The position numbers and the translations under genes were made by a program. The notes beneath the pieces were generated by a model that saw only the letters and a program-made list of their open reading frames with translations, was not told the origin of the DNA and searched no databases. From the human T2T-CHM13v2.0 reference genome, Homo sapiens: a stretch of DNA of 64,000 nucleotides. The stretch lies in the NCBI RefSeq assembly GCF_009914755.1, contig NC_060937.1; one strand, written 5' to 3'. Numbering within the stretch: the stretch's first letter is position 1; the number at the start of each line of letters is the position of its first letter. Below are positions 1 through 13,840 of the stretch, piece after piece.

Positions 1-361
1 CATTTCTGGGCACCGAGGAAGGTGTTTAGGTAGTTTCCCAAAACACTGAAAGAAACTAGCCCCAGCCCTGAGCCAAATTCCTTAAACTCTCATATAAACT
101 CCCTATCCTGACACCCGTGTGGCAGACATGCCCTAGGTTGAGCATCTCTTTTTCTTGTTGTCTGCCCAAAGAGATGCTGCAGCACTCTGTAAGTAGGTTC
201 TCTTAATAAATGCTTTGACTGATTACCCTGGTGTCCAGTGTGCTTTTCTTTGCAATCTAAATTGACCCCATTTCAGGACAATTTGGGTTACTCTCTTGTG
301 GGAACTCCCCTACCACTGCTTTTGGGGAAACTCTAGCCACAAGTTCATCCGAGACAAAACA
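1..361 (+). mobile_element. 3' part of an ERV LTR (family uncertain, possibly ERVL MER54-like), cut by the window edge
   Basis: TATAAA at 93-98, AATAAA at 205-210, U5-like tail ending ...GAGACAAAACA (terminal CA 360-361). Confidence 0.55.
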
Positions 362-389
362 TATACACATAAAACTATAATTCTGCCTT

Positions 390-1043
390 TGTAACCACCC
401 AATAGGTTCCTCCTGTCTGCTGCACAAATAAAGACCACAACATTGCAGTAAAGAAAGACTTCAAGTGATGAGAGACCCCCACACCACATGGGAGATAGAG
501 TTGCACCTCAAATCAATCTCCCCAAAATTTGAGGATCAGGGTTCTTAAGGATAATTTGGGTGGCAGGGGGACAGAAAGTAGAGAGTGGTGATTATTGAGT
601 CAGAGATAAAATCACAGGGAGTTGAAGCTGTCTTTTACAGTTAGTCAGTTCCTGGGTGGGAGCCACAAGACCAGATGAACCAGTTTATCAATTGGGGTGA
701 CATCAGCTGGTGCCTCAGAATGCAGTCTGCAAAATATCTCAAAAACCCATTGCAAGTTTTATAGCAGTTACTCCTAAACCATGATTTCTAATTTCGTGTC
801 TAATTTCTTAGTCCTGAAAAGGCAGCCTAGTTCCCAGATAAGAAAAGGGTTTGTTTCGGGAAATGGCTGTTATTGTTCTTGTTTCAGAATTAAACTATAA
901 ACTAGGTTCCTCCCAAAGTTAGTTTGATATATGCCCAGGAATGGATAAGGACACTTTGGAGGTTAGAAGCAAGATGGAGTCAGTGAGGTGAGATCTCTTT
1001 CACATAATAATTTTCTGTTATAATTTTTGCAAAGGTGGTTTCA
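390..1043 (-). mobile_element. Solo LTR8/LTR8A (ERV1)
   Basis: Reverse complement begins TGAAACCACCTTTGCAAAAATTAT...GACTCCATCTTGCTTCTAACCTCCAA, the LTR8 5' end; other terminus TGTAACCACCCAATAGGTTC at 390. Confidence 0.85.
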
Positions 1044-1334
1044 TCTGTATTTCTGCATCCAAATTTCTTATTAATTTACTCCAAGCTTACTGAATTTTGC
1101 CAAATCTAGATAGAATAACTGAATAATTACTCATTAAATCTGTAATTCAGACTTCTTTCTTTGTTTATGGGAAAATAATATTCAACTCCCTTCCTGTGTG
1201 AGAATCCTTCTTCTGAAGGAGGTGCATTCAATGACTAGAAATGTAGAATGAGACCCTGATAAATGAAAATGTAAAGAGGACAAAACGATGTCGTGATTTT
1301 TATTGCTAACTCATTTGGCTTGTTTTTTAAGCTC

Positions 1335-1985
1335 TTTTCCCTCAGCTTCGAAACATCCCTTCTCTACTCTGCTGCGTGAGGTGAGGCTAGGGCTGGGGCT
1401 CTGTAAAACACATTTCTACTTCCCTAGCTCCTTTATTCATGCTCCTTTAGACTCAAGAAAGAGCACTTGAAGGAAACCTAAATGTTAGAAGAGAAAGAAA
1501 AAAACAATCTATTTTCTTTGAACCAGCAACATTTCTTTACCCTGACAGTGGCAGTTCGTTCCTACAGTGGCAGTTGGTTCCGATTCGGGTTTCTCCTATA
1601 TTTTTAGAATAAGTCTCCATATTTCCCCTCAGAAGAACAAGCTGAGCCTTTTTTTCAGAGATCCAGCCTTGAGTTCCACAAGCCCCTACTCCAATTTGTC
1701 AAGGTTTAATAATTCCAACTACTTCCCACCCTAGTGGTGGTAGCTGAGTCCTGCAGTTACTATCTGTGTGTTCTCTCACTGTCTCTCTTTTTTCTTTTTC
1801 TTTTCACTCCTCCAATTATATATATATATATATATGTGTGTGTATATATATATACACACATATACGTATATATATACACATATATACATATATACACATA
1901 TATATACACACACATATATATATATAATTTTCTGTTAAAATAATGAAGTTGTCTCAGATGTTCTGTCTGGATCCTACCGTATATA
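1335..1985 (-). mobile_element. Degraded ERVL LTR (LTR33-like) interrupted by a TA-rich microsatellite
   Basis: CCTTCTCTACTCTGCTG...GGCTGGGGCTCTGTAAAACACATTTCT resembles the LTR33 group; very diverged. Confidence 0.45.
1817..1926. repeat. Compound (TA)n/(TG)n/(TACA)n microsatellite
   Basis: Alternating purine-pyrimidine run seen directly. Confidence 0.95.
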
Positions 1986-2744
1986 CTTTTTTTTTATTTC
2001 AGGCTATTAGCTCCTAGCTACTGGTAGTTATGTGGAAGCAACTAGGGAGATAAAAATTGGAAGTTATGTCTCTCCTGAACTCACCTGCTCTTATAGTTTT
2101 TCTTAGAAAACACTGAAATATAGGATTGATTTGTATTATTTTCCTCAGGAAAGGGAGCTCTGTCTTACAGGTGCCCTACTGGTTTTTATTTCAATATATA
2201 TCATTTGTACAAAAATGAATCATTTTAATTATCATCTACTTGTAAGTGATTGCATTTGAAAAGGACAGATTAGAGTTCGTAAAGTTATGACAGTTAGTTA
2301 TATTTAGGTAGGAAGAAACCTTTATAGACTCACCAAATAAGAGCTTTAAGAAACGCAGTGCTTAAATCATTCATTCATTCAAGAATAAACATTGGTTATG
2401 TGACAAATATTATCCTTCAAGAGATGAAAAACATGATATTTATTTTCAAATATTGTATATTCTGTGTAGAGGAGAACTTCACACCATATTATACGAGTCT
2501 GAAAATATAACAGCCACATATTATGACTTTTGTTAAACACTAAAGCAAGAGAAATATAGGCTATACAGGAAAAAGAATAAGGTATTTTGAATAGTGAAGG
2601 CCTCAAGGAAGGTATAGATCATTCAACAAGCACTTTTATGTTCTACTGACCATGGTAATTGAGAATAAAGAGTGAACTTCAGAGATAGCTCTGCACTAAA
2701 AGATATCTATAATCTTAAGTAAATTATAAGGAGATTTATTCCTC

Positions 2745-3250
2745 TAAGATTATGCAATACTTAACTTAGTGGCTTCAAATAAACAAACAAAACTTAGTGG
2801 CTTAAGACAATAGAAGTCAATTATTTTGCTTCTGAATCTTCAGTTCAAGAGCATTCATGTCAGCTTTACTCATTTTGGGATGTAGTGTCTCTACTTGGAT
2901 TTAAGGAGATAATTCATTCACATTGTAGGTAATTTGGTGCAGTCAGCCCAGCTGGAATCTTTGCTGGTGCTAGTGCACGGATTGGGTTCCCCTTCACATC
3001 GGCCCCTTCATGAGGCTGCTTGAAATTCCTCACAAGATAGTGAGTGAGTTGCAACAGTTGGTATTCTAAGAGACAGAAAGTAGAAGATGTCAATACCATG
3101 TGGAATCAGTCCAGAAACAGTGTCACATTCTCTGTATTCTTTTTGGTTAATTAGTCATGGAGCCCTCAATAGATTGAAAAGTAGAGGCTACAGACCCCAC
3201 TTTTTATTGGAAGAAGTGTTTAAGAATGTGAAGCCATTTTTAATGTACCA
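2745..3250 (-). mobile_element. Old MLT1-family MaLR LTR
   Basis: AAAACTTAGTGGCTTAAGACAA motif and end ...GAAGCCATTTTTAATGTACCAC typical of reverse MLT1. Confidence 0.6.
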
Positions 3251-3290
3251 CTTCTTCATTCTGTCATGTTTGTACGTTCTCTTATATTAA

Positions 3291-3612
<322 letters not shown>

Positions 3613-3700
3613 GAGGGAGTCAGTTTTAAAATGTCAAAAAAAAAAAAAAAACTCAGTTAAAAATTATTTTCAGAAGTTGCATAATTCACTTTAAAAAATA

Positions 3701-3705
<5 letters not shown>

Positions 3706-3746
<41 letters not shown>
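3706..3746. repeat. (TA)n microsatellite
   Basis: About 20 uninterrupted TA units. Confidence 0.95.
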
Positions 3747-3749
<3 letters not shown>

Positions 3750-4124
3750 CATGAGAAGGACTTCCAGAAGGGCAAAGGTTTTCTTGTAATATATTGCAAC
3801 TAATGATATTAATGATATTAATACTAATATATTAATTATATATATGATATTAATATGCAGCTGGGATATTAATGATATTAATACCCAGCTGGGATAAAGT
3901 TAATAATGATAAAGAGTTATAGTAGATTGACAAGTGATAATTATTCCCAATTAACTAAAATTCTAAGGAAGGGAAGCAGTATACAAATTCAACTGGATAT
4001 TGTTCTGAAATATATGTATTTTTAAATAAATATAGGTACTTTTAACTTTTTAAATGTCTAATGGTCTTTTTTTCACCATAATTATAATTCGACTTAAGCC
4101 ATTTATTTAAAAAATTTTCATCAC

Positions 4125-4300
4125 ATCTGAGACTTGCTTCAAATTAGTTCAGGAGAAGGAGAAATGATTGAGAATATAGATAAAACAAGATTGGCCATGA
4201 ATTGGTCATTGTTATTAACAAGTAATGGCAATTTGAATTTTTTATATTAGTCATTCTATTTTTTCACAGTTTGAAATTTTCCATGATTTAATGTTAAATA
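4125..4300 (+). mobile_element. L1M (L1MC/MD-like) 3' end fragment
   Basis: ATAGATAAAACAAGATTGGCCATGAATTG...TTTGAAATTTTCCATGAT matches old L1 3' UTR ends. Confidence 0.6.
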
Positions 4301-5444
4301 CAGATGTTTTACTCATAAGAAACGTTTTATAAAAGACATATGAGTAATTCTGTTGGGTTTCACTTTCTGAGAGCTAGTTGTTAAATATTACTAATCCTAA
4401 AGGAGTTTAAGAACATTAATTTTTAATCTCTGTCAGTTTAATGATGATCTCTGACAATTAGGGAGCACCTGATATGTATTGTTTAATCAAAGACAAAACC
4501 TTCATACATATGAACGTATTTTATATCCAGTAGTCATTTGAAGTCTATGGAATCTACCTATTCATTTTTTTTTCTTATTCCTTGCAAAAAGCCTATGTTT
4601 AAACATGAAGTTTTAGTCCCCTGCAGCAGCAAAAAGTAGTCTTCACTATGTAAATCAATGCAGGACTGTCACACTAAGCCTCAAGCCAAACAGACTAAAA
4701 CAATATGACCAAAGGTGATATTAATGAAGCTTTATTTTAGGAATAAAAGATGCACCATTTATATATTAACATTATTAGTCCAGTATATCAAAACAAATAG
4801 CTTCCATTCACATATATTGAATAACTGGGAATGAAATAAACTATTTCAACATCAGGCTATATTGGGCAAGAATAGCCCTCCATAGATTAGAGTGGTTATA
4901 CTTTTCCCTTACTTCAGGTTCGCCAACTGGTATGGGATATGACATTTAGATAGACAATAACAGTGATTTGTTTTATTTTCTAGAAGGAAAGATAATACAT
5001 TCTGTATTTTCTTGAGACATACTAAAAAAATTCTATCCTATTAATTTAGCTACTAGTATTTATGTAGTATTTAGTATTAGTATTTATGTATTATTCACAC
5101 ATGGTTAAGAAAAGTGAGTCGAATGCTTCATATATATAGTCTTTGGGGAAGAAAGCTTACTTATTTTATAAAAGAAATAGAAGACATTGCAAGAAAATTT
5201 AAACACTACTGAGACAGAAAACATCAGACATTTAAAAAACTATGCTTGCTATTTTGTTACTGTGCTCATCAACTTTCTGGAGCTTCAGATTTATTAGCAA
5301 AAAAGAGAATTTTAGAACTAAATGGCTACTAACTGTAATAATTACTGAAGACATTGTGATACTTAGGATAAGGATTACTACTATAATATATAAATGCCAG
5401 GGGAATTTTCCTCCTCACTCATGTGTCAGTTCAATGCTGATTTT

Positions 5445-5743
<299 letters not shown>

Positions 5744-6199
5744 AGTACTGATTTTCGGTAGGCAACCTTCTATAAGACAATCCCAAAAATCAGATTCTTA
5801 CCAAACTGTCTCCGTTATTGTGCGTCTTCAAAAGTCACTATTTAAGAAGTAAGCAAGCATGGGGATAGTAGGGCTTACTTCTTAATAACATCAGCCCAAA
5901 ATAATACACGTAACATCTGGAACACCCTAAAGGGAAACTGAAATGCCATTAATAGAAATGGATACTCTTTTCCAGACAAAATAGCTCCTTCATAGTTCTA
6001 GTAATCCTTGGGTTGACACCTTGGGCATGTATTATTTTCTATGTCCATATTTAAATTGGGCACAGGGGAGAATAGGTAGCTTCTTAGCCTGCCTCCTCTG
6101 CAAGTCGTTTTAAGGTTTACCAAAGAATCAAAGGCTTTAAAAAAAAAAAAGCATATAGTTTCTTTCATGAGAATTTATCTTAAAATTGGTAAAGACTAA

Positions 6200-7607
6200 T
6201 TTCTGCTTCTGAAAAGACGCACTAGACATACTTCTCTCTATTTCTCCTGTTAACTATGTGCAGCACAAAACCCTGTCCATTACCTACAAGATACACATTG
6301 CAAGACAAGAAAGAGGAGAGAAGAAGAAAGACTAGCTAGGAAGTATAGGTCCTGAGAACAATACAATAAATTTGATGCCAAAAACACAATCTATAAAAAA
6401 ATCAATAATTTTGCTTCATCAAAATTTAAAACTTTTGCTCTATGAAAACCTTTGTTGAGAGGATGGAAAGTCAAGCTACACACAGGGAGAAAATATTTGA
6501 AAGCCACACATACAAGTTAACAAAGCACAAGGAAACAGAATACATAAGAGATTCTCAAAACTCAGCAGTTAAAAAATATCCAATTAGGAAATGGGCAAAG
6601 ACATAAAGAACCATTTCACAAAGGAGCACATGCAAATGACAAATAAGCACTTGGAAATATGTTTAGCATTAATAGCCATTAGAGAAATGCAAGATTAAAA
6701 CCACAATGAGAAATCATTGTATACCTGTAGGGATGGCTACTTAAAAAAATAAAAATAATAATAATGACATCACCAAAATCTTTTAAGAATTTGGAGAATG
6801 GAATCATTCATATCTTGCTGGTGGCTGGTGGGAATGTGAACTTGCACAGCCATTCTGGAAAACAGCATATTTGTTTCCTTAAGAACTAAATATACAAATT
6901 CTATTTGACCAAGTATTGCATTGTGGGCATATATTAAAGAGAAGTTAAAACTTACATTCACACAAAATCCTGTACATTAATGTTTATAGAAGCTTTGCAC
7001 ATGGTAACCACAATAATTTTTCCCAAAACTGGAAACAACTCAGATATTCTTCAATGAGTGCACGGTTAAACAAACAGCACTATATCCATACCCTGAAATA
7101 CTACTGAGCAATGTAAAGGAACTATTAACACACAACATCCTAGACAGATCTCCAGAGAATTATCCTAAATGAAAAGAGTCTATTTCAAAAGGTCGCATAC
7201 CTGAAGATTCTATTTATATAACATTCTTGAAATTATGAAATTATAGGGTGAAAAACAAATCAAAGTTTGTCAACTGTTAGTGATAAGGGAGTAAGGTTGG
7301 TGTGGCTATAAAGGGGTAGTATGAGGAATAGCTTTGTCATCGATATTGATAGCATATTGGAAATAATCTGTAATTTAAAAATGAAATAGCTTATTATTTT
7401 GATTGTGGTGACTACCCAAATCTACATTTATGATAAAGTGATATAGAAGTATACAAGTACATTTTACTAATGTCAAAATTTTGGCTTTGAGAGTACACAA
7501 TAATTATGCAAGATGCCATTGGAACAAACCAGATGAAAATGCATATGACTTATTTGTACCATGTTTGCAACTGCCTGCATATAGATAACTATTTCCAAAT
7601 TAAAAAA
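6200..7607 (+). mobile_element. L1MC/MD-like element: short 5'-end-like head joined to the ORF2 3' end and 3' UTR
   Basis: CTTCATCAAAATTTAAAACTTTTGCTC, CCATTAGAGAAATGCAAG, GTGTGGCTATAAAGGGGTAG motifs; ends TTCCAAATTAAAAAA. Confidence 0.8.
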
Positions 7608-7887
7608 TCCTTTGGTGTGTATAATTTTTTTCATGATGTCTTTTCTATATACAGTTACCTTACTCAAAGTCTTTCTCTGTACATAGATTTAAAGTCTGGT
7701 TTATTATTTTTTGCTTCCTTACATCATGTTTTCCGCACTTCTTAATTTTGTGATGGATACCTTAGGCAATCTGAAAAAAAGGATTCAAATCTTTAACAAT
7801 AAGCTCTAATGTGAAACAATTGTCTTTCGTTTTTTCTGTGGTGCTGAGTCATTAGTTTAAGTGAAGAGTTTTACATGGTCTTTGCGA

Positions 7888-8300
7888 CTTCAGGTATGCA
7901 ACCTTTTGAAATGGACTCTTTTCATTTAGGATAATTCTCTGGAGATCTGTCTAGGTTGTTGTATATGTTAATAGTTCCTTTACATTGCTCAGTAGTATTT
8001 CAGGGTATGGTTATAGTGCTGTTTGTTTAACCATGTGCTCATTGAAGACTGAGTTGTTTCCAGTTTTTGGAAAAATCATTGTGGTTACTATGTGCAAAGC
8101 TGCTATAAACATTAATGTACAGGATTTTGTGTGAATGCAAGTTTTAACTTCTCTTGAATATATGTCCATGATGCGATGCTCGGTTAAATAGAAGTTGTAT
8201 ATTTAGTTCTTAAGGAAACAAATATGTTGTTTTCCAGAATGGCTAAGCAAGTATGCATTCCCACCAGCAAGATACGAGTCATCCCTTTCTCCAAATTCTT
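7888..8300 (-). repeat. Inverted copy of L1 segment 6785-7206
   Basis: CTTCAGGTATGCAACCTTTTGAAATGGACTCTTTTCATTTAGGATAATTCTCTGGAGATCTGTCTAGG is the reverse complement of 7139-7206 with 2 mismatches; similarity continues to 8300/6785. Confidence 0.92.
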
Positions 8301-8764
8301 TGTGACTGTTCAGTCTTCTATCATCAATGTTGATAGCACAGTGGGGAGAATCTGTAATTTAAAAATAAAATGCAGCACTGGCTTAATGGGTAGACAGTGT
8401 GAGAAAGTGGATATCAGTGATTGGAAAGTTAAGCATTTCATAAGGACAAATTATTTGGTAACTCATCATCATTACGAACTTGGAAAAGAGACCACATGCC
8501 TATTGAGCTTGAAATTCTATTGAAAATGGTAAGAAAATCAAGAATTAGTGTGAAGTGATCCTCTGCCATAAATAACAACTAGCAATTTTACAAAGTTGGC
8601 TTTGACATTTAAAGATATAAACAATTATATCTTGTTTATACTACAGTAGTTATTGTTTCTAAAGTTTTGTCATCCAGGAGGCTGCAGATTAGCTCAATTA
8701 GTATCAAGTATCTTTTAAATCAATGATTATTTATAGGACTAAGACATACTAAAATTTCAATTTA

Positions 8765-9375
8765 TGTTAATCATGGTTTTGGCTACAAATAACAGAGAAT
8801 CCAATTTTTTAAGTATAAAAGTTTATTATTCTAACTATATATATACACACATATACATATATGAATATATACATATGCACATACATATATGCATACATGT
8901 GTATGTATATATGTGTGTATATATAGCATTAGGATAATACACACACACACACATATAGGTTGATATATAGACATAGGTTGATAGCTCCAAGGTTTGTTCA
9001 GTGGCTCAATAATGTCAAGGATCTGAGCCCACTTGTCTGAAAAGTTTTTGATCTTCTCATGATTAAAATATGGCTTATAGCATTGCTAAGCATCATAAAA
9101 TTGTCCAGAAAGAAGGACTGATATGAAGGGGTGGTGAGACAGCTTGCTGAGCATCTCCTCTTTTTATCAAGTAGATTAACATTTTCCATCGTTAAAACTG
9201 CATTCTATTTCTTTTCCAGGTGTGGACTTTTGAACATCCCTAAACTGATCATTAGTAAAATTAATGAGTTCATTCTCTAGAGGTTATTGTCTAATATCTG
9301 AACAAACTCCACAATAAACTCCACAATTCTTTTATTCAGAAAGCAAAGATAGACCACCAATAGTGGCTACTACAC
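8765..9375 (-). mobile_element. Ancient MLT1 (K/L/N-like) LTR containing a (TA/CA)n tract at about 8836-8957
   Basis: TTGGCTACAAATAACAGAGAATCC and GTTCAGTGGCTCAATAATGTCAAGG motifs. Confidence 0.5.
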
Positions 9376-12300
9376 AGTGAAAAGACAGAACTAGGGGACA
9401 ATTATGGGTTCTAAATATTCAGTGTAACTTAATAAATATAACAGAATGTGTCAAATGCATTAGTTTTAATGGAATAGGTGAAAGTTCCATTCAAATGCCA
9501 CCACTTAGTACATATTCAAGATTAGAATGTAATACCATTTTGATATTATAATCTGTAGGCACATTTTTTTCATTCAATGCCACTACATATAACCTTGAAG
9601 TGAGGTGGCCATATCTTCATCTCAGCCTCCCCTATTTATGATGGAAGCCTTGAGGGATAAGTTGACATCTATTGCAAACATAGCGACATACATATTGGAT
9701 TTCCTTTGAAAATTATAATTTCATATACTCCATCCCATTAGCAGCTAAGTATAGTGGTGATTTTTAGATCAAGTATTCCAAGTTTCCAAGATCGAACTTC
9801 CATAATCAGAGTTAAGTAAAAAGATTCCCTGCTTTTCCCCACACTCAATATAACCATGGTGTATAATTGGCCACAATATTTCTCAAGTTGATAAGAAAGA
9901 GAGAAAACTACACAGAGAGGGAAGGTATATTACATGCACTGTCTTCAGCAAAGTTGAGAATTTATCATAATAGTTTAAAATAAATCCTGAAAGAATAAAA
10001 ATATTTTGAATATTTATTAAGAGAAAAGGTTTATATCACTAATGTAAAGATTTGCTTATTATTTTTCACAAATATGTTGCACAATTATTATAGTGAATGG
10101 GCGTTAGCTATGAGCAATAAGGCGTAAGTTCATTGAGTAACACAAAGACAAATTGGACAGAAATATGATAATAATTCAACAGTTCACTTCAATTCCAGAA
10201 AATATAAGTGTTGTAAATATTCAGAGAAGTACAAGCTACTTTTCTCTCCCTCTGCCTCCCTCTCTCCACTCTGTTAAAGATGGGTATGGCACAGAAAATA
10301 TCAAGGATTAAGGAAATTTCAGTGTTAGAGGAAGCATTTTATCTGAGCTTTGAAAATTATATGTATTTTATACATGCAAATATAGAAATATCTATATTTT
10401 TCAGGACCCCCTATACATTTATCTTCCTATATTGACATGCTATGTCTTCTATACCTATGTTTTTTCTTCTCTATTTTCTTCTAACATTTCTACCTATGAT
10501 AATATTCAACTATATGTACTTACTGGTGATAAATTACCTGAGTGTAAAAAAGAAACTTTTAAGTTAATAAACAAATACAAAACTTTTCTGCACTAAAAAC
10601 TCTTCACAAATTATTACACTAATAATGGCCACTTTTTGGCATATTAACAAATACAAAAGTACGGAGCCACTTTTCAGTTCTGTGTCTCCCCCTTAGAAAC
10701 CAGTTTACTTAACTCTTGGAGGACATCTCTTTACTAATAAACACAGGAGGAAAGAGGAAGGGAGATTGGGAGTTTGGGAGGACCTCTGCCTTTTTCCTGA
10801 AAGCATGTGGAGAGGTGGGCACACCATTGGGCTATCTCTTTCACTTCTTCTCAGCACAGTATGACAGATGCGCACAGCACGGAGGAGCCGGAAAACAGCA
10901 AAGTATAAAGAACCAGCTGGCTCTCTTAACCTGCAAATTCAGAAGCCTACAAATTGGTAGAAAATCTTGCAGTAGTGATTTCTTGAGGAATTTAAGGTGC
11001 CACATAGCACAAAACCCTAATCTATAATCTCTTCCTCAAGGGAAAGATGTAGTTTATACATTTTTAATGTATAGACTAGTTTAACATGAAGTTGAAAGTA
11101 ATCATGGTTGTACTACATACATTTTTTCCATTGCTCCAAGTCGGGGGAAAAAAAAGCCCAGATATGTTCTCAAACCAGCTACTACAGATGCTATATTATA
11201 TAAATGGTTTCAGTTATTAAGAAGAAACAACATTTATTAAATTGTTTTAAATATTTGTCTATAACTGCTATTATATAACATTGTAATTATATCCTTACAT
11301 GTCATACTAAACAACACCTTCATTGTTCAAAGAAGAAAGAAAACTTTATTCATTGTTCACTGAGAGAAAACTTTCAGAATGGCCATTTTGAAAGGATAAT
11401 AAAATAATCCTAAAAGCACATGCACATAAGCACATAGAAAAGAAAGCTAGGATTGTAAGCAACAGGGTGAAATGGATGGTGGGTGGTGGGGAAGTTAATT
11501 GTTTACTATTTCCATGCAAATGTTTCTCAACTGTCATTGACAGAACAAGAAAAAAGATTTTCATTTGCAATTGTTTTAAATTAAAGTTTTATTTTTTAAA
11601 ACTTTTTTTTTCTGATGATGAATACATTAAGGCATGGATAGTGCATTCTGAGTTTTCAAAATGAGACCTCATGATGACAGATGTAGTAGCATGGAAATGA
11701 TAGTCACTCTCCTTTCAATAATGGAAGCTGACTCATGGAATCAAAGTGTTACAGGAAATACTAAGTTGTTTCCTTCAAGTTTCACAAAAATATTGGCAGA
11801 AAAAACTAGCTGGACAATGAACAGAGCAGATGCCTACTCTCTTTATACTTTTTCTTATCTAATGGTACCAGCCTAAGCATATCCTATGTCCTTACTTCTG
11901 AATCTTGGATTGTATGACATTAACATTCAGCTTGACCACCCATGTGTGTAAATCTTAGGCTAGAAAAGCACTAGCTAAGGCAGCATCTTCTGCTTTCTAT
12001 TGCTTACTCTGAATTCATATCAGTAAGTTCAAACATAATCTTCTACAGTCACTAATACTACATCAGAACGGTCGGAAATTGTTTATTCCTCCGTTTCTGA
12101 TTGCTCAGCCACTGACATTCTATGGAGAAGATGACACATAGATGTTTAAGCAGAGCATAAAAATGGAGACATGTTATCTGAGCAGTCACTATAATCACAG
12201 CAAATAAAATATACTGCAAAAATAGATAACGTGTTTAGTCTAATAGGAGCTCAGATCCTAATTCCCCAATGACCTTCTCAGTTGAAAAGGATTACCTTTG

Positions 12301-12656
12301 GGAGTAAATACTCTGAGACAACACATACTTGACAGCTGTTATTGAAAAATAACAGAAATTTTATTTGACACTCAAATAATGGGTTTGATTAAAATCTGGG
12401 GGCTTATTGTAAGTCAAAAACAAAAATTAGAATCCTTTACATTTAAGTGCTAACTACATTTTGCTATTCTTGTTGAACTTCCTATTCTAAAACCAGAAAA
12501 GGTATGGCAAATAATTTTCAAACTTTTTACAGATTCTTCCTACAGTTGAAGTAAATGTGAAATGTAATGTATCAGGTCCTGTAACCTTATCAGAGACAAT
12601 AAAATGTACAGGATTGTACAATATTTCACTTTATTTTTAAATTAGCAATGTTTCAG

Positions 12657-12830
12657 CATGGTGAATGTAGTTAATAATAAACTTGTATACTTGACATTTA
12701 CTAAGACCAGTAGATCTTAATTCTCATAAAAAGAAAAAGTAAGTATGTGAGGAAATGTTAGGTAGCTTGATTGAGGGAATCATTTCACAACAATACATAT
12801 ATCAAAATATGTTGTAGGTCTTAAATGAAA
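12657..12830 (+). mobile_element. L1MA (MA8/9-like) 3' UTR fragment
   Basis: CATGGTGAATGTAGTTAATAAT...GTAGATCTTAA...AATCATTTCACAA. Confidence 0.7.
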
Positions 12831-13119
12831 AATTAACAATATTGCTCTTTTACTGACTAACGTATTTAGTTTCTGCTCTATATTTCAATTTGTGGTTCCT
12901 GTGACTATTAGTATTTATGTAAATAATGTGTAATATTGCATTCTCTACATAGATAACCAACCTGCTGGCACATAAAATTATGTCAACAATTGTAAAAAAA
13001 TAGTATATACGTAGTGATTAATAGCTTAGGTACTACAATAGGAAGGATTGGCTTGGCATGCCTTGGAGAAAGAAAATTTATAAATAAAATGTAATTTATT
13101 CAGTACAAAAAATTGTATA

Positions 13120-13350
13120 AGTGTTGAATATCCCAAATCTAAATGTCCAAAATCTGAAATACTCCAAAACCAGAAACTTTTGGAATGCCACCATGACACT
13201 CAAGGTAAATACTTATTGGAGTATTTCAGATTTTAAATTTTTGGATTACAGATGCTGAGCCAGTAAGTATAATGCAAATATTTCAAAATCTGAAAAAAAA
13301 ATTGAAACACTTTCGGACCCAAGTATTTTGGCTAATGTATATTCAAACTG
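13120..13350 (+). mobile_element. Tigger4a (MER46/Zombi) non-autonomous DNA transposon
   Basis: GTTGAATATCCCAAATCT...TTGGAGTATTTCAGATTT...GTAAGTATAATGCAAATATT...ATATTCAAACTG followed by TA. Confidence 0.85.
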
Positions 13351-13752
13351 TATGCTTCTTAATAGTTTACTAAAATGATCACAGCGCAGATGACATAGTC
13401 TTATCAATGCTTTGATAATTAAGGAAGGTATACTTCTTATATACATTTATTTCTGAACTCTCTGTGGGAGCAATATCTATATGTGTGTGTATGTGTGTTC
13501 ATATACATTTGTGTTGTGTGTGCATGCACTATATATAATATAGTATGTAAAATAAGAACAGAAAATAAAAACGAACTCATAACATGGCTCTTTATCTCTA
13601 AAACTAAAGATTTCTAGAGCAATTGTCAGTTGCCAAATAATTTCAGCTAATCATTTGACCTAGTCAATACATAGTTGTAATATCTGAACATTGATCATTG
13701 ACAATTGCAATGAATATTTTAATCTTTTAATCCATAGTGGACAGAGGGGTTA

Positions 13753-13840
13753 GGGAGGGGAGAGGGAGAGGGAGAGGGAGAGGGAGAGGGAGAGAGAGAG
13801 AAAGAGAGAGACAGAGAGAGAGAGAGAGATAAGAGAGAAA
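13753..13840. repeat. (GGGAGA)n grading into (GA)n polypurine tract
   Basis: Seen directly. Confidence 0.95.

Noticed and set aside
2764-2803. Direct repeat AACTTAGTGGCTT x2
   Set aside because: Small slippage duplication within an MLT1; no sign of function.
10849-10875. REST/RE1 site (TCAGCACAGTATGACAG)
   Set aside because: Both half-sites and the spacing deviate from TTCAGCACCnnGGACAG.
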